From a virus (Duplodnaviria > Caudoviricetes), in the IMG/VR virus record IMGVR_UViG_2687453780_000005, positions 1 through 64,000 of that record: a DNA stretch of 64,000 nucleotides; one strand, 5' to 3'. Below are positions 37,985 to 46,933 of this stretch, piece by piece. Under the pieces are notes generated by a model. It saw nothing but the letters and a program-made list of their open reading frames with translations. It ran no database searches and was not told the DNA's origin. Numbering within the stretch: the stretch's first letter is position 1; each line of letters starts with the position of its first letter. A program made the translations under genes and the position numbers.

Positions 37985-39616
37985 TTATTTGTTGTCGCTA
38001 GGACTTGGCATCGCATTACCATTATTCGATTTACTTATTAGTGTACTTTGATTGGTAGGGTTTTCAGATTCTGGTCTACCTGCCGTATTCGTCTTTTCGT
38101 TAGCCGTAAAAGATGTCATGTGTACCGGATATTTATGCTCAATATCTTCATCAAGTTCAGTATCCATAAGCTCAAAATATGCCTCTGAATTAATACCAGT
38201 ACTTGCAATCCATGCGGTTAAAGACCCTTTCCCTTGCAAATACAAGTCTTTCATTTGTTGAGTGAATTCTTTTCTCGTGATGATACTACATGGTAGGTAA
38301 TACAAACTGACAATATTACTTGAATCTTTTATAATATTCTGATTTATCACCTTCACAAATTCTTCTGTAATTGGCTCCATCCACATAAAGATTTCAGATA
38401 GTAGTAGCTGAAGATTATTCTGTTGAGAAGCAAAGTTTCCAGATCCGGTTCCAGATACCAAATTTGCCATGAATCCCAAATCCACGCCAATCTGGTCATT
38501 AATATACGAACTGTTCTTTTCGTCAAGCAACGATACATCTGCTTTGATTTGATCTATCTTAGTACCTGCAGATACCGTGAAGAAACTTGTTGAATTGCGA
38601 TTGTTTTTTGTTAATACTGCTTGTTTTACCTTGTCGTGCTGATCTGTTTGCTGAGCCTTTGTTAACGCGCAAGAGCCTGGATCTTTACCTTGTGGTAATG
38701 TCTGATAAATAATTCTGTTATTAATTTCATCAAGCGTTCCACGGGCGGTATCCTGAAAATAAGATGAGTAAAGAATATTTTTTATTGCAGCGAGGCATAG
38801 TGGTCTACCCCATGCTTCTTCTAATTTACTTCGTATTTTAGATACAATGGTTTTTGAATTATCAAGAATAATCCAGTTGTTCATGGTGGATTCAGGTTTA
38901 TTAAAGTTTGTCCAACCCTCGCGTATTTCCTGTGGATAAAGCCGCAATTTTCTTTCCAGTTCATTTCCATCAAGACCTTCAAAGTACCTCAAATTAAAAG
39001 CAAGTACATAAGATGAATTTTTTCTACCCACAATCTTTGTGTAATTAGTTGGTAATGGGATAACAGACATATTTATACCTAACTCATTTATTTCAAGTAT
39101 ATTTTCTACATCATAGTCGCTCATAGTCTTCTTATTATCATTTGTACTATTAGTAAAAGCACAATAATAAAAAGACACCCCATCAATCATTGATTTATAC
39201 AGGGCATCTCTCATAATTTCCTTATGATGAAAACTTCTTAATGCTGACTCCATCAGTCTTTTATTGGTTTGTCTTTTTGATTTGCTTTTACCCCTTGGTA
39301 TAACTACACTATCTAGTGTTGGGAGAGCTGTGCAATAGTCGATACACTGAGTAAGCAGTCCGTTAGATGAATAGAGTTGATTAGACAGTTTCCTTAACTG
39401 CTCGTTATGTATCATTGGACTTTTTATCATTGCGGATATTTCTTTTGGCTCATATATTTCAAAAATATCAAGACCAAATATATATTCGGATACTCCACGT
39501 GATGAAAAACTATTAAATTCGTGATTATTGTTGGTGACAGGAGAGGAGATTTCCCCATTGTCTATAGGCTGTGTTTTTCGTGGACGACCCCTACCACGCT
39601 TGATTTCTTCTGCCAT
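37985..39616 (-). CDS. Portal protein
   Basis: 543 aa directly after the terminase; N-terminal AT-hook-like RGRGRPRK. Confidence 0.78.
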   Translation of the reverse strand: MAEEIKRGRGRPRKTQPIDNGEISSPVTNNNHEFNSFSSRGVSEYIFGLDIFEIYEPKEISAMIKSPMIHNEQLRKLSNQLYSSNGLLTQCIDYCTALPTLDSVVIPRGKSKSKRQTNKRLMESALRSFHHKEIMRDALYKSMIDGVSFYYCAFTNSTNDNKKTMSDYDVENILEINELGINMSVIPLPTNYTKIVGRKNSSYVLAFNLRYFEGLDGNELERKLRLYPQEIREGWTNFNKPESTMNNWIILDNSKTIVSKIRSKLEEAWGRPLCLAAIKNILYSSYFQDTARGTLDEINNRIIYQTLPQGKDPGSCALTKAQQTDQHDKVKQAVLTKNNRNSTSFFTVSAGTKIDQIKADVSLLDEKNSSYINDQIGVDLGFMANLVSGTGSGNFASQQNNLQLLLSEIFMWMEPITEEFVKVINQNIIKDSSNIVSLYYLPCSIITRKEFTQQMKDLYLQGKGSLTAWIASTGINSEAYFELMDTELDEDIEHKYPVHMTSFTANEKTNTAGRPESENPTNQSTLISKSNNGNAMPSPSDNK

Positions 39617-39632
39617 TTTTCACCTCCATTCT

Positions 39633-41462
39633 CTAATTGATTAGTGTGGCGTATTCATAATCTGAATTATCAGATAATAAATCTTGCTCCAACAGCCCAA
39701 TAAAGTAACTATTATAAGCTAAACTTACATATCTATCCTTTGTATTACTACCAGTTTCGTATAGTGAAATTACACCAGTCTGTTCATTTCTTGTGTATTC
39801 CAAGGATATCATTTCATTCAATAACGCCTGTGTTTCCAAAAATGGCCTTTCATAAAATAGCATGATATCTGGATCGGTTGCGAGAGAATATTCTTGGATA
39901 TTATTTTGCAAAATATCCTGCGCAGAATCTAAATTAACTAATAAATCTATCATCTTAGAATCTAAAACCCCGCGTAATGCAATAGCAATATCATTATTCA
40001 GCTTTTGACTTGCGTTTATAGCAAATACATTTTCATCAGCTCCAGCAACATTTACTCTATTGGCAATAACTTCATCATTCATACATCTCCAAGCAGGATA
40101 TTCACAATCTCTATCTTCGTCGTAAAGTACCTTTGCCAATCTATCATATGTTAATATTCCACCATTTCTAGTATCAAGAACAATATAGTCAGCTTCAAAA
40201 TCGTAGAATAATTGCTTTATTCTTATAGCCTGTTTATCAACATCACTACCAGGATTTGCTTCAATATATGAGAGAATGCGTCTATACCCATTTTTTACTT
40301 CAATCTTCTTCCCATCTACATTACTAGATTCATACGTCACACTTTCAGGTAGAGCACGTATGCAAGTAAAACATGAATTATCATTTTTATTTGAACGTTC
40401 TATAAAAGCCATATCGCAAGCAAGCACTCTGACTTCGCCGATCTGTTTAGGAATAGCATAGGGATTTTTATGTTTATTTCTTACATCATCTAACTTTCTT
40501 GGATAGAATGCCTTTTTATTAACCTGATTTTGAGTCAGCAACCCGTATGTAAAATAAGCATTAGCATTTTCTCTTAACATTTCATTCTCGTATTCTTCTC
40601 TCCAAGTTATCGGATCTGTGGTTCTCTTTGCGTCTACGAGGTTAGACATGGTTTTTATCTCGTGTTTTAAGGCAATGGAATAATCGGTGGCTAAAATACA
40701 CGATGTTCCATCTCCGTATTTACTTTTAACCGTATCTTTAAGCAATTTTCCCATCCAATGGCTAGTTGGTGCGGCTGAGCTTATGTATATATTTACTGCC
40801 TCTTCTGAAAACTCTTTATTTTCGCGATATTTTACACCATACTGTTCACATTCTTCGTTGGTACGATATTGCGCTGGACGGGTCATCTGGAATGGTTTAA
40901 GAACTTTATCTACAATATATTTTTTGATTCTTTTAAATTCTTCAAAGATTAGAATAGTGGATCTATATCCAAGAGCATCTTCACTTGCGACCACTACTAC
41001 AATAGAACTACCATTATGAAAAGTAACTTCAATATCGTTTGCGTTTGTAGTAATTTTCTTAATCTCGCGTCGTAAATTCTCTGATTTGGGCATTAGTTCT
41101 TTTTGTATTTTTTCCTTTACGATCAAAGCAGCCTGTTTCTTTGTTCCACTGGCTACGACAACCTTGGTGTTTGGATAAAGAATACATTTGGCGCATGAAA
41201 AAATAGCAATCACAAATGATTTTGCGGAGGCTCGTCCAGCAATAATGACCACGCTAATATAGGCATTTAATATGTAGAGCCATATAATTTGATACCAATG
41301 AAGGGTAATGCCTAAATAGTGTTCAACAAATACGGGGATATTTCTGCGGTAAAAAGTGATCCAATCCAATATCCTTACATAATTTTCTTTATTGGATAGC
41401 CAAGAAGATTGAGAGAATTTTTTGTAGACAATTTTCTGATAGGCATCAAGCACATCATTCAC
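39633..41462 (-). CDS. terL: Terminase large subunit
   Basis: Walker A-like AGRASAKS, Walker B ILIFEE, nuclease VLACDMA and KDRY. Confidence 0.88.
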   Translation of the reverse strand: MNDVLDAYQKIVYKKFSQSSWLSNKENYVRILDWITFYRRNIPVFVEHYLGITLHWYQIIWLYILNAYISVVIIAGRASAKSFVIAIFSCAKCILYPNTKVVVASGTKKQAALIVKEKIQKELMPKSENLRREIKKITTNANDIEVTFHNGSSIVVVVASEDALGYRSTILIFEEFKRIKKYIVDKVLKPFQMTRPAQYRTNEECEQYGVKYRENKEFSEEAVNIYISSAAPTSHWMGKLLKDTVKSKYGDGTSCILATDYSIALKHEIKTMSNLVDAKRTTDPITWREEYENEMLRENANAYFTYGLLTQNQVNKKAFYPRKLDDVRNKHKNPYAIPKQIGEVRVLACDMAFIERSNKNDNSCFTCIRALPESVTYESSNVDGKKIEVKNGYRRILSYIEANPGSDVDKQAIRIKQLFYDFEADYIVLDTRNGGILTYDRLAKVLYDEDRDCEYPAWRCMNDEVIANRVNVAGADENVFAINASQKLNNDIAIALRGVLDSKMIDLLVNLDSAQDILQNNIQEYSLATDPDIMLFYERPFLETQALLNEMISLEYTRNEQTGVISLYETGSNTKDRYVSLAYNSYFIGLLEQDLLSDNSDYEYATLIN

Positions 41463-42462
41463 CGTCCTTTATTTCTGTATCTTCATCATTTATCCAATAA
41501 TCCGCATCTTTTTCCTTTGTACCAAATATCAAATTCTTTAAAGGTCTAAACATAAATCGCTCTATGTATTCTATAATTCCAAAGAAATCATGGTACTTCT
41601 TCTTATCTTGGTAATATTCAGCAGGAGAATACTTTTCGATATCCATTATCCATTTTCCAAAACTATCATTAGTTACATCCGCATCATCCGCTTTTAGACC
41701 AGCTGCTTCAAATAATGATTTGTATGAATTTGATAATGTTCCTATATCTTTTCCATTTTGAATATTTATTTGCATCTGATATTCCAACAGGCAAAGGTTT
41801 TTCATCATTTTTTGCTTTTTGACATCTGGTTTTCCCTCACATAACTTAAGCAATTCATCATAATATCCCTGTAGAGCTTGTAATGCCTGTGCTTCATAGC
41901 CAGCTCCCCAGAATTTGATCATTTTTGGAGTGATTTTGTAATCCGCAATGTCATCAATGTCTTCAGATGTATTTACAGTCCTATTTTGACGATTATCAAA
42001 ATTGAATTTCAAAGAGTCTATAAAAGTTTTTCTTCCAGCGACATTAAGATTTTTCTTTGCTGCATAGTGTGAAATTCTACTTCGATCAGATGAAATTTCA
42101 CGCGCCTGCTTTAAAACCTCTATGTCGTATACCCAGTCAACTTGACATGTAAAATGTTCAATAGCATGTTCTTCATTCCCACTATACAAAGCGGTTAATA
42201 GTGTTACATACTTATCTGTACATTCTTTACACCATGGCAAATATCCATCGTTCGCCTGGAATAGTGGGCTGTTTGATTTTTGAAAATTATTTTTCTGTGC
42301 AATATACCCCCGCCCACAGCATGAACATTTGTATTTATGTTTTTCTGAATCATATTGTTGTGGAGATCTTGGAATCTTAAATTCAACACTTGTATCAATT
42401 ACTTTTGGTGAGTTCATTGACTCACGGACAATATCTTCTTTGGTTCTTCCTACAGTAGCCAA
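41455..42462 (-). CDS. Zn-binding protein, candidate terminase small subunit
   Basis: CSCCG and CKEC; overlaps the terL start. Confidence 0.5.
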   Translation of the reverse strand: MATVGRTKEDIVRESMNSPKVIDTSVEFKIPRSPQQYDSEKHKYKCSCCGRGYIAQKNNFQKSNSPLFQANDGYLPWCKECTDKYVTLLTALYSGNEEHAIEHFTCQVDWVYDIEVLKQAREISSDRSRISHYAAKKNLNVAGRKTFIDSLKFNFDNRQNRTVNTSEDIDDIADYKITPKMIKFWGAGYEAQALQALQGYYDELLKLCEGKPDVKKQKMMKNLCLLEYQMQINIQNGKDIGTLSNSYKSLFEAAGLKADDADVTNDSFGKWIMDIEKYSPAEYYQDKKKYHDFFGIIEYIERFMFRPLKNLIFGTKEKDADYWINDEDTEIKDGE

Positions 42463-42576
42463 AGTCTCACCTCCATTCTTTGCAAATAAAAAGAGCCATC
42501 ATTGGCTCAAAATTCAAATAAAATCGCTATTCAATAGCAAATAGAAGAGTAGATTGTAACATCTACACTTCCTAAA

Positions 42577-42780
42577 TTACTGCTGTGCTTTTCTCTTAGC
42601 ACACTCTTCTTTGAAAGATGTTCCAGGGAAGGTATTCCAACCACGAGCTGCACAATATGGGCAATCATCGGGATGAGACTTGCCAGTTGCCGGGCCATAT
42701 TCAGCCATATGAGCCTTATATTCGGCCTCCTCTGCTGGACTTACAAATTCAATTACTTCTTTTTCATAATTTGGAATCAT
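42577..42780 (-). CDS. Hypothetical protein
   Basis: 67 aa, GAAAGGA RBS, CPYC. Confidence 0.65.
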   Translation of the reverse strand: MIPNYEKEVIEFVSPAEEAEYKAHMAEYGPATGKSHPDDCPYCAARGWNTFPGTSFKEECAKRKAQQ

Positions 42781-42835
42781 GTGTTTAATTTCCTTTCGTG
42801 TTTTTATTTATACATAAAATTATGTATATTTCTAA

Positions 42836-42979
42836 TTAATCCAACTTCTCCAAAAGTCCTTCTATAGTTACCGTTTCACCAATAGATACACATGTATCTT
42901 GACGAGTTTCAAGAACTTCTTTCAGAATGGAGATTTCGTCATCAGTAAGGTTGATTGTCTTCGTTATAATATCAAACAT
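42836..42979 (-). CDS. Small protein (47 aa, not in ORF track)
   Basis: GGGGTGA RBS; MFDIITKTINLTDDEISILKEVLE... Confidence 0.55.
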   Translation of the reverse strand: MFDIITKTINLTDDEISILKEVLETRQDTCVSIGETVTIEGLLEKLD

Positions 42980-42991
42980 TCATATCACCCC

Positions 42992-43264
42992 TTACTTTAC
43001 GGCATCTTTTAATGCTTTGCCGGCTTTAAATTTAGGCACTTTTGATGCTTCGATGTGAAGTTTTTCGCCAGTCTTTGGATTTCGTCCTTCTCTGGCAGCT
43101 CTTTCGGTTACTTCAAATGTGCCAAATCCAACCAACTGAACCTTTTCACCCTTTACTAATTTCTCAGTTACAACCTCTGTAAGTGCTTTTAAAAATGCTT
43201 CTGTATCTTTTACCTGTAAACCTGTTTTGTTTACGATAGAAGTAATTAATTCTGGTTTATTCAT
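42992..43264 (-). CDS. hup: HU DNA-binding protein
   Basis: MNKPEL...VQLVGFGTF...GRNPKTG...PKFKAGKALKDAVK. Confidence 0.95.
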   Translation of the reverse strand: MNKPELITSIVNKTGLQVKDTEAFLKALTEVVTEKLVKGEKVQLVGFGTFEVTERAAREGRNPKTGEKLHIEASKVPKFKAGKALKDAVK

Positions 43265-43364
43265 ATATAAAAATCTCCTTATATTTAAAATAATAAAAGA
43301 GGGCAGTAAACACCCTCGGTTTGACCGCACAGCAGTCATTCGCCATTTATTATGTTGGCAACAC

Positions 43365-43562
43365 TTAATATGACTTTTCTGCTACTGCTAGAATGGCATT
43401 TGCAATTCTAATTGCTTCACAATCTCCTAAATCATGAAGAATAGACTCTGAAACTTTCAATGGAAAATATTTTATATATTCGCGATCATCTTCCGACACA
43501 ATATTTCCGCTGGCAATCTCCTGAAATTTTGTTAAAGTATCGATTGTTTTAAAGTCGTTCAT
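43365..43562 (-). CDS. Hypothetical protein
   Basis: 65 aa, GAGGTG RBS. Confidence 0.65.
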   Translation of the reverse strand: MNDFKTIDTLTKFQEIASGNIVSEDDREYIKYFPLKVSESILHDLGDCEAIRIANAILAVAEKSY

Positions 43563-43631
43563 AAATACACCTCTTCTCAGTTAAAGCAATAAAAAAGAAC
43601 CGCCACAAGCGATTCACCATCAAATGTATGT

Positions 43632-44915
43632 TTAGTTTAAAATGATATTGTAGGTTGCTTCACGACCATCTTCCTGATTAAACAACATTAATGTCTGACC
43701 AGCAGAAGAGTAGAGTCTTTTTTCATTTGCATAAGATTCAGAACCACACAGAGAACGTACTATCACACTTTCAATGCCTAATCGTTCAAATTCCTCTAGA
43801 TGATGCTTGTCCCCCATGACGGTTAAATCAATCGTTTCTCCAAATTTCTTTGTGAATATAGTATTCATAGTGACACCAAAATCCTTGAAGTTCTCTAAGT
43901 CTCCATGAGTACAAACAATATTTACGCCACATACGTTTAACTTTATAAATTCATACCAATCAGCGGGAACTATGGTAACGTCATTACGCTCTCTCAGCCT
44001 TTCTTTTAACCACCAGGGTACAAGACGTTCCATATTGTCAGAATGCTTACTATCTTTTTTATTCTGGATAGTTCTCATGTGATTGCCATATGTGGAGTAT
44101 ACAGAAGTTTCAGTAACGCAATCAGCTAATGCAGATATAATTTCTGCCATTCGTTCAGTTACGTGCATTAGCTGCATACATGTCTCTTCTTCCGAATCTA
44201 CTCTACACCCAGTGTGAATGCTCCCATGGCAAAGGTCCCCTAGGATTACCAAATGTAACTTATAGACACCATTCTCTATTAAATGTTGTTTTGTTTTATC
44301 AATAAGTTTCTCTAATCTGTTTTCGCAAATATCAATGTTGTATGTATTCCAGATATTATCCGTTACTAGTCCGTAATGTAAATCAGAAATATAAATAACG
44401 GCTTCTCTGCCAGAAGAGAAACAGATTTCTTTATTAACTTTTAGCGGTTTCAATTTGTTTAGATCTTTAGCAACCTCTAGCATTTCGGTACACAAGTGAT
44501 CAAATCTGCTTTCAAGTGTTAAATCCCGATTTTTTAATCGTCTCTGATCAGACACCTGCTTCTTAATCTTATACAATTCATCAAGCTGAACTTGCACTTC
44601 TTTACTGTATTGCTCATCTATCATTTTTGAAAATACTTCATCATAAAAAGCTTTTGCCATCTGGAATTTCTTACGATATGCTGATTCTGTCCACGTTTCA
44701 GTTTCATCTCTTAACTCTTTATTGAACAATTCTGTCAAATTGGGCCATGTGATGTCAAGCGTACCGGAATCTTTGGCAGAGCCTAAACGCCATATGTATT
44801 GTAATTCAGTCTCATCAACAGCTTTCTTTAAATCAACGATATTATTCACCGCCTTACCAATTATTCTGCATCGAACATTGTAGAAGAGAGTGGCAATGCT
44901 CCTCCGAGTTTGCAA
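43632..44915 (-). CDS. Calcineurin-like metallophosphoesterase (true start probably near 44840)
   Basis: SDLH, LGD, GNH, THGD and GDKHH motifs. Confidence 0.82.
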   Translation of the reverse strand: MQTRRSIATLFYNVRCRIIGKAVNNIVDLKKAVDETELQYIWRLGSAKDSGTLDITWPNLTELFNKELRDETETWTESAYRKKFQMAKAFYDEVFSKMIDEQYSKEVQVQLDELYKIKKQVSDQRRLKNRDLTLESRFDHLCTEMLEVAKDLNKLKPLKVNKEICFSSGREAVIYISDLHYGLVTDNIWNTYNIDICENRLEKLIDKTKQHLIENGVYKLHLVILGDLCHGSIHTGCRVDSEEETCMQLMHVTERMAEIISALADCVTETSVYSTYGNHMRTIQNKKDSKHSDNMERLVPWWLKERLRERNDVTIVPADWYEFIKLNVCGVNIVCTHGDLENFKDFGVTMNTIFTKKFGETIDLTVMGDKHHLEEFERLGIESVIVRSLCGSESYANEKRLYSSAGQTLMLFNQEDGREATYNIILN

Positions 44916-45070
44916 TCAACTAACTGATCCTTATATTCCATAAACATATCTTTTACGCTAATAGGCTCCCCAAATTCCTCGTGGCTCAAATACAGTTCAC
45001 CATCAATTTCTTCAACCTTTGCGCCTACAATATTGTAGATACTTTGTTTTGTATTATCTAATTTTGCCAT
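44861..45070 (-). CDS. Small acidic protein (SPbeta YonK-like position)
   Basis: 69 aa, GGAGG RBS. Confidence 0.6.
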   Translation of the reverse strand: MAKLDNTKQSIYNIVGAKVEEIDGELYLSHEEFGEPISVKDMFMEYKDQLVDCKLGGALPLSSTMFDAE

Positions 45071-45088
45071 ATTATATTTCCCTCCAAA

Positions 45089-45382
45089 TTAATAAGACTT
45101 CTTGTGCGGATTGAAATATCTCTGGTGAGATTTTCTTTTCCTGACTTCAAGAAGTTGTTCTACTTTTACTTTATATTTTTCATTTACGGTTAATTTTGCA
45201 ATGCATGACAAGTAGTAATTACCCACTCTACGAGGTATTTTTTCATCTACCACATTGTCAATTAATCTTTTGGCAGCGTAATAGTTTTTGAAATGTATGT
45301 GAGATTCATTATCATCGCTTCTACACACTCTAAAGCCTGTTTCTGTGCGTTGTATTATGAAACCACGGTATTCTTCACCCAT
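45089..45382 (-). CDS. Hypothetical basic protein
   Basis: 97-aa ORF. Confidence 0.65.
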   Translation of the reverse strand: MGEEYRGFIIQRTETGFRVCRSDDNESHIHFKNYYAAKRLIDNVVDEKIPRRVGNYYLSCIAKLTVNEKYKVKVEQLLEVRKRKSHQRYFNPHKKSY

Positions 45383-45387
45383 ACCAT

Positions 45388-45567
45388 TTAGTCGCCACGA
45401 ATGGCTTTTAACGCTTCCAAGATAGCTACTTTAGGAGCAGCATAATAGCTTCTGTGACGCTTGTTTGCAGAATGACATAAGTCTGCTTCGTAATAGTTTT
45501 TGTGGTCAGAATATCTGAAACCTTGAGATTCTAACAACTTAGCTTCCTTCTTACTTATTGGTAAAAT
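45388..45567 (-). CDS. Small protein (59 aa, probable ATT start, not in ORF track)
   Basis: GAAAGCGAGTG then ATT-LPISKKEAKLLESQGFRY...IRGD*. Confidence 0.55.
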   Translation of the reverse strand: MLPISKKEAKLLESQGFRYSDHKNYYEADLCHSANKRHRSYYAAPKVAILEALKAIRGD

Positions 45568-45614
45568 TATATTTCACTCGCTTTCGTTTTAAATTTCTCC
45601 GGAGAGGAGAGTAG

Positions 45615-45698
45615 CACTAGAATGAGGTGTCGATCCCCATGCTGATAAACACACACTGCTTTCAAGGCTGGTTTCGGAGCCGTCCGAATTATTCTAGC
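45615..45698 (-). tRNA. Atypical tRNA-Ser(UGA)-like gene
   Basis: Acceptor GCTAGAA/TTCTAGT, 6-bp D-stem, loop CTTGAAA, long variable arm, T-arm TGGGG-ATCGACA-CCTCA. Anticodon stem is imperfect. Confidence 0.6.
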
Positions 45699-46049
45699 AA
45701 AGTTTCCTTATAAACGCCAAGCGTCGATAGTTGGTGGTACCCACCGCTATTTTAGCACGCTCATAATCTTCCAGGATTATAATTCAAGTACTTGGTTTCG
45801 CTGTGCAAACTCACAAGGTTTCGTACCACTTGAATCAAAAGATTTTGTATGGAATCATGCACACTAAATTATATCCATACCATATTGACGATTGAAATAT
45901 CCATTGGTCGGATGAATATTTGGTTTGATGTTCCTCACTTTGTATGTCCGCGGAGACACACTGTGTTTGTCACATGTTTGAGTTTTGCACTGTTTCTATA
46001 GTGAAGTATACTAAACTCCACTACTCCTGTCTTCATGTATAGAAGACAA

Positions 46050-46124
46050 TCGGAATTGTAAGATTCGAACCCACGACTAACCGGATATAAGCCGGGTACT
46101 CTAACCTGACTGAGTTAAATTCCG
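46050..46124 (-). tRNA. tRNA-Ile(UAU)
   Basis: CGGAATT/AATTCCG acceptor, ACTC/GAGT D-stem, loop CTTATAT, GGTTCGAAT T-loop, discriminator A, no encoded CCA. Confidence 0.85.
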
Positions 46125-46630
46125 TAATTTTTAATCAATGCCTCCATGAAATGTTCTATTCTGGTAGACTACAGCTCGTAAAACTGCAATTTTTAATGAC
46201 ACTTATTGCGGTCAATCGTTACAACTTTTGTTATTCATACTAAATTCCACGCCAAGCACTACTTTAAAGTATGAAAAGTGGGTTTTGTTGAACCACTATA
46301 ATAAATAACCCAAGCAAACGGGTATTTTCTAAGTATTGGTTTAGGATTTTCCTTTCCGCTGGCACAGGTTTAAAGTCTCTGTACCGACTTATTTCGAGGA
46401 GGTGTCGTTAACCAACTTGCCGAATGTAAGTCAATCAACGACTTTATGAGAATAAGTTGAATTATGAGCTATTCTTATTTATTTTTTGATTTTCTTTTCT
46501 CTCTTACCTAGGGTTCCCTTATAATTTTTCTTTGAAATTAATGGAAGTTTCCCATACCTCTTACGGAAGAGTTCCGCGAAAAAATGATAGGTTAAAATTG
46601 AAAAAAGTAACTTTTCATCTCAACAATGCC

Positions 46631-46933
46631 TTATCTACAAGCCTTTTGATACTTGCATCCATTTTTAATTCTATTTTTAATTCCGGTTGCAATTTTAAAA
46701 GTAGGATAAATACATTTTTCTAAATTTAATTCTGGATTTCCAAATAAGTTTTTGCCCTGCATAGGTTTTCGTTCAACCAAAGTAAATCTTCCAAGCTTGG
46801 GAATTTCAACTTCTTCTCCGCAGATGAGTTTCTCTGCTGTCAAACTAGAAGAAGTATTAAAAACTTCTTCTACAGCATAATCAGATAACATGCACCTCTT
46901 TGCAACTTCTTTCACAAATTCGCTTTTATTCAA
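46631..46933 (-). CDS. Second, divergent HU/IHF-family protein
   Basis: MNKSEFVKEVA...VEIPKLGRF...PTFK. Confidence 0.8.
   Translation of the reverse strand: MNKSEFVKEVAKRCMLSDYAVEEVFNTSSSLTAEKLICGEEVEIPKLGRFTLVERKPMQGKNLFGNPELNLEKCIYPTFKIATGIKNRIKNGCKYQKACR

Noticed and set aside
43290-43350. Riboswitch upstream of hup
   Set aside because: Two hairpins are present but match no riboswitch consensus I recognise.
45615-45698. tRNA-Sec
   Set aside because: Anticodon is TGA (Ser), not TCA, and no sel genes are present.
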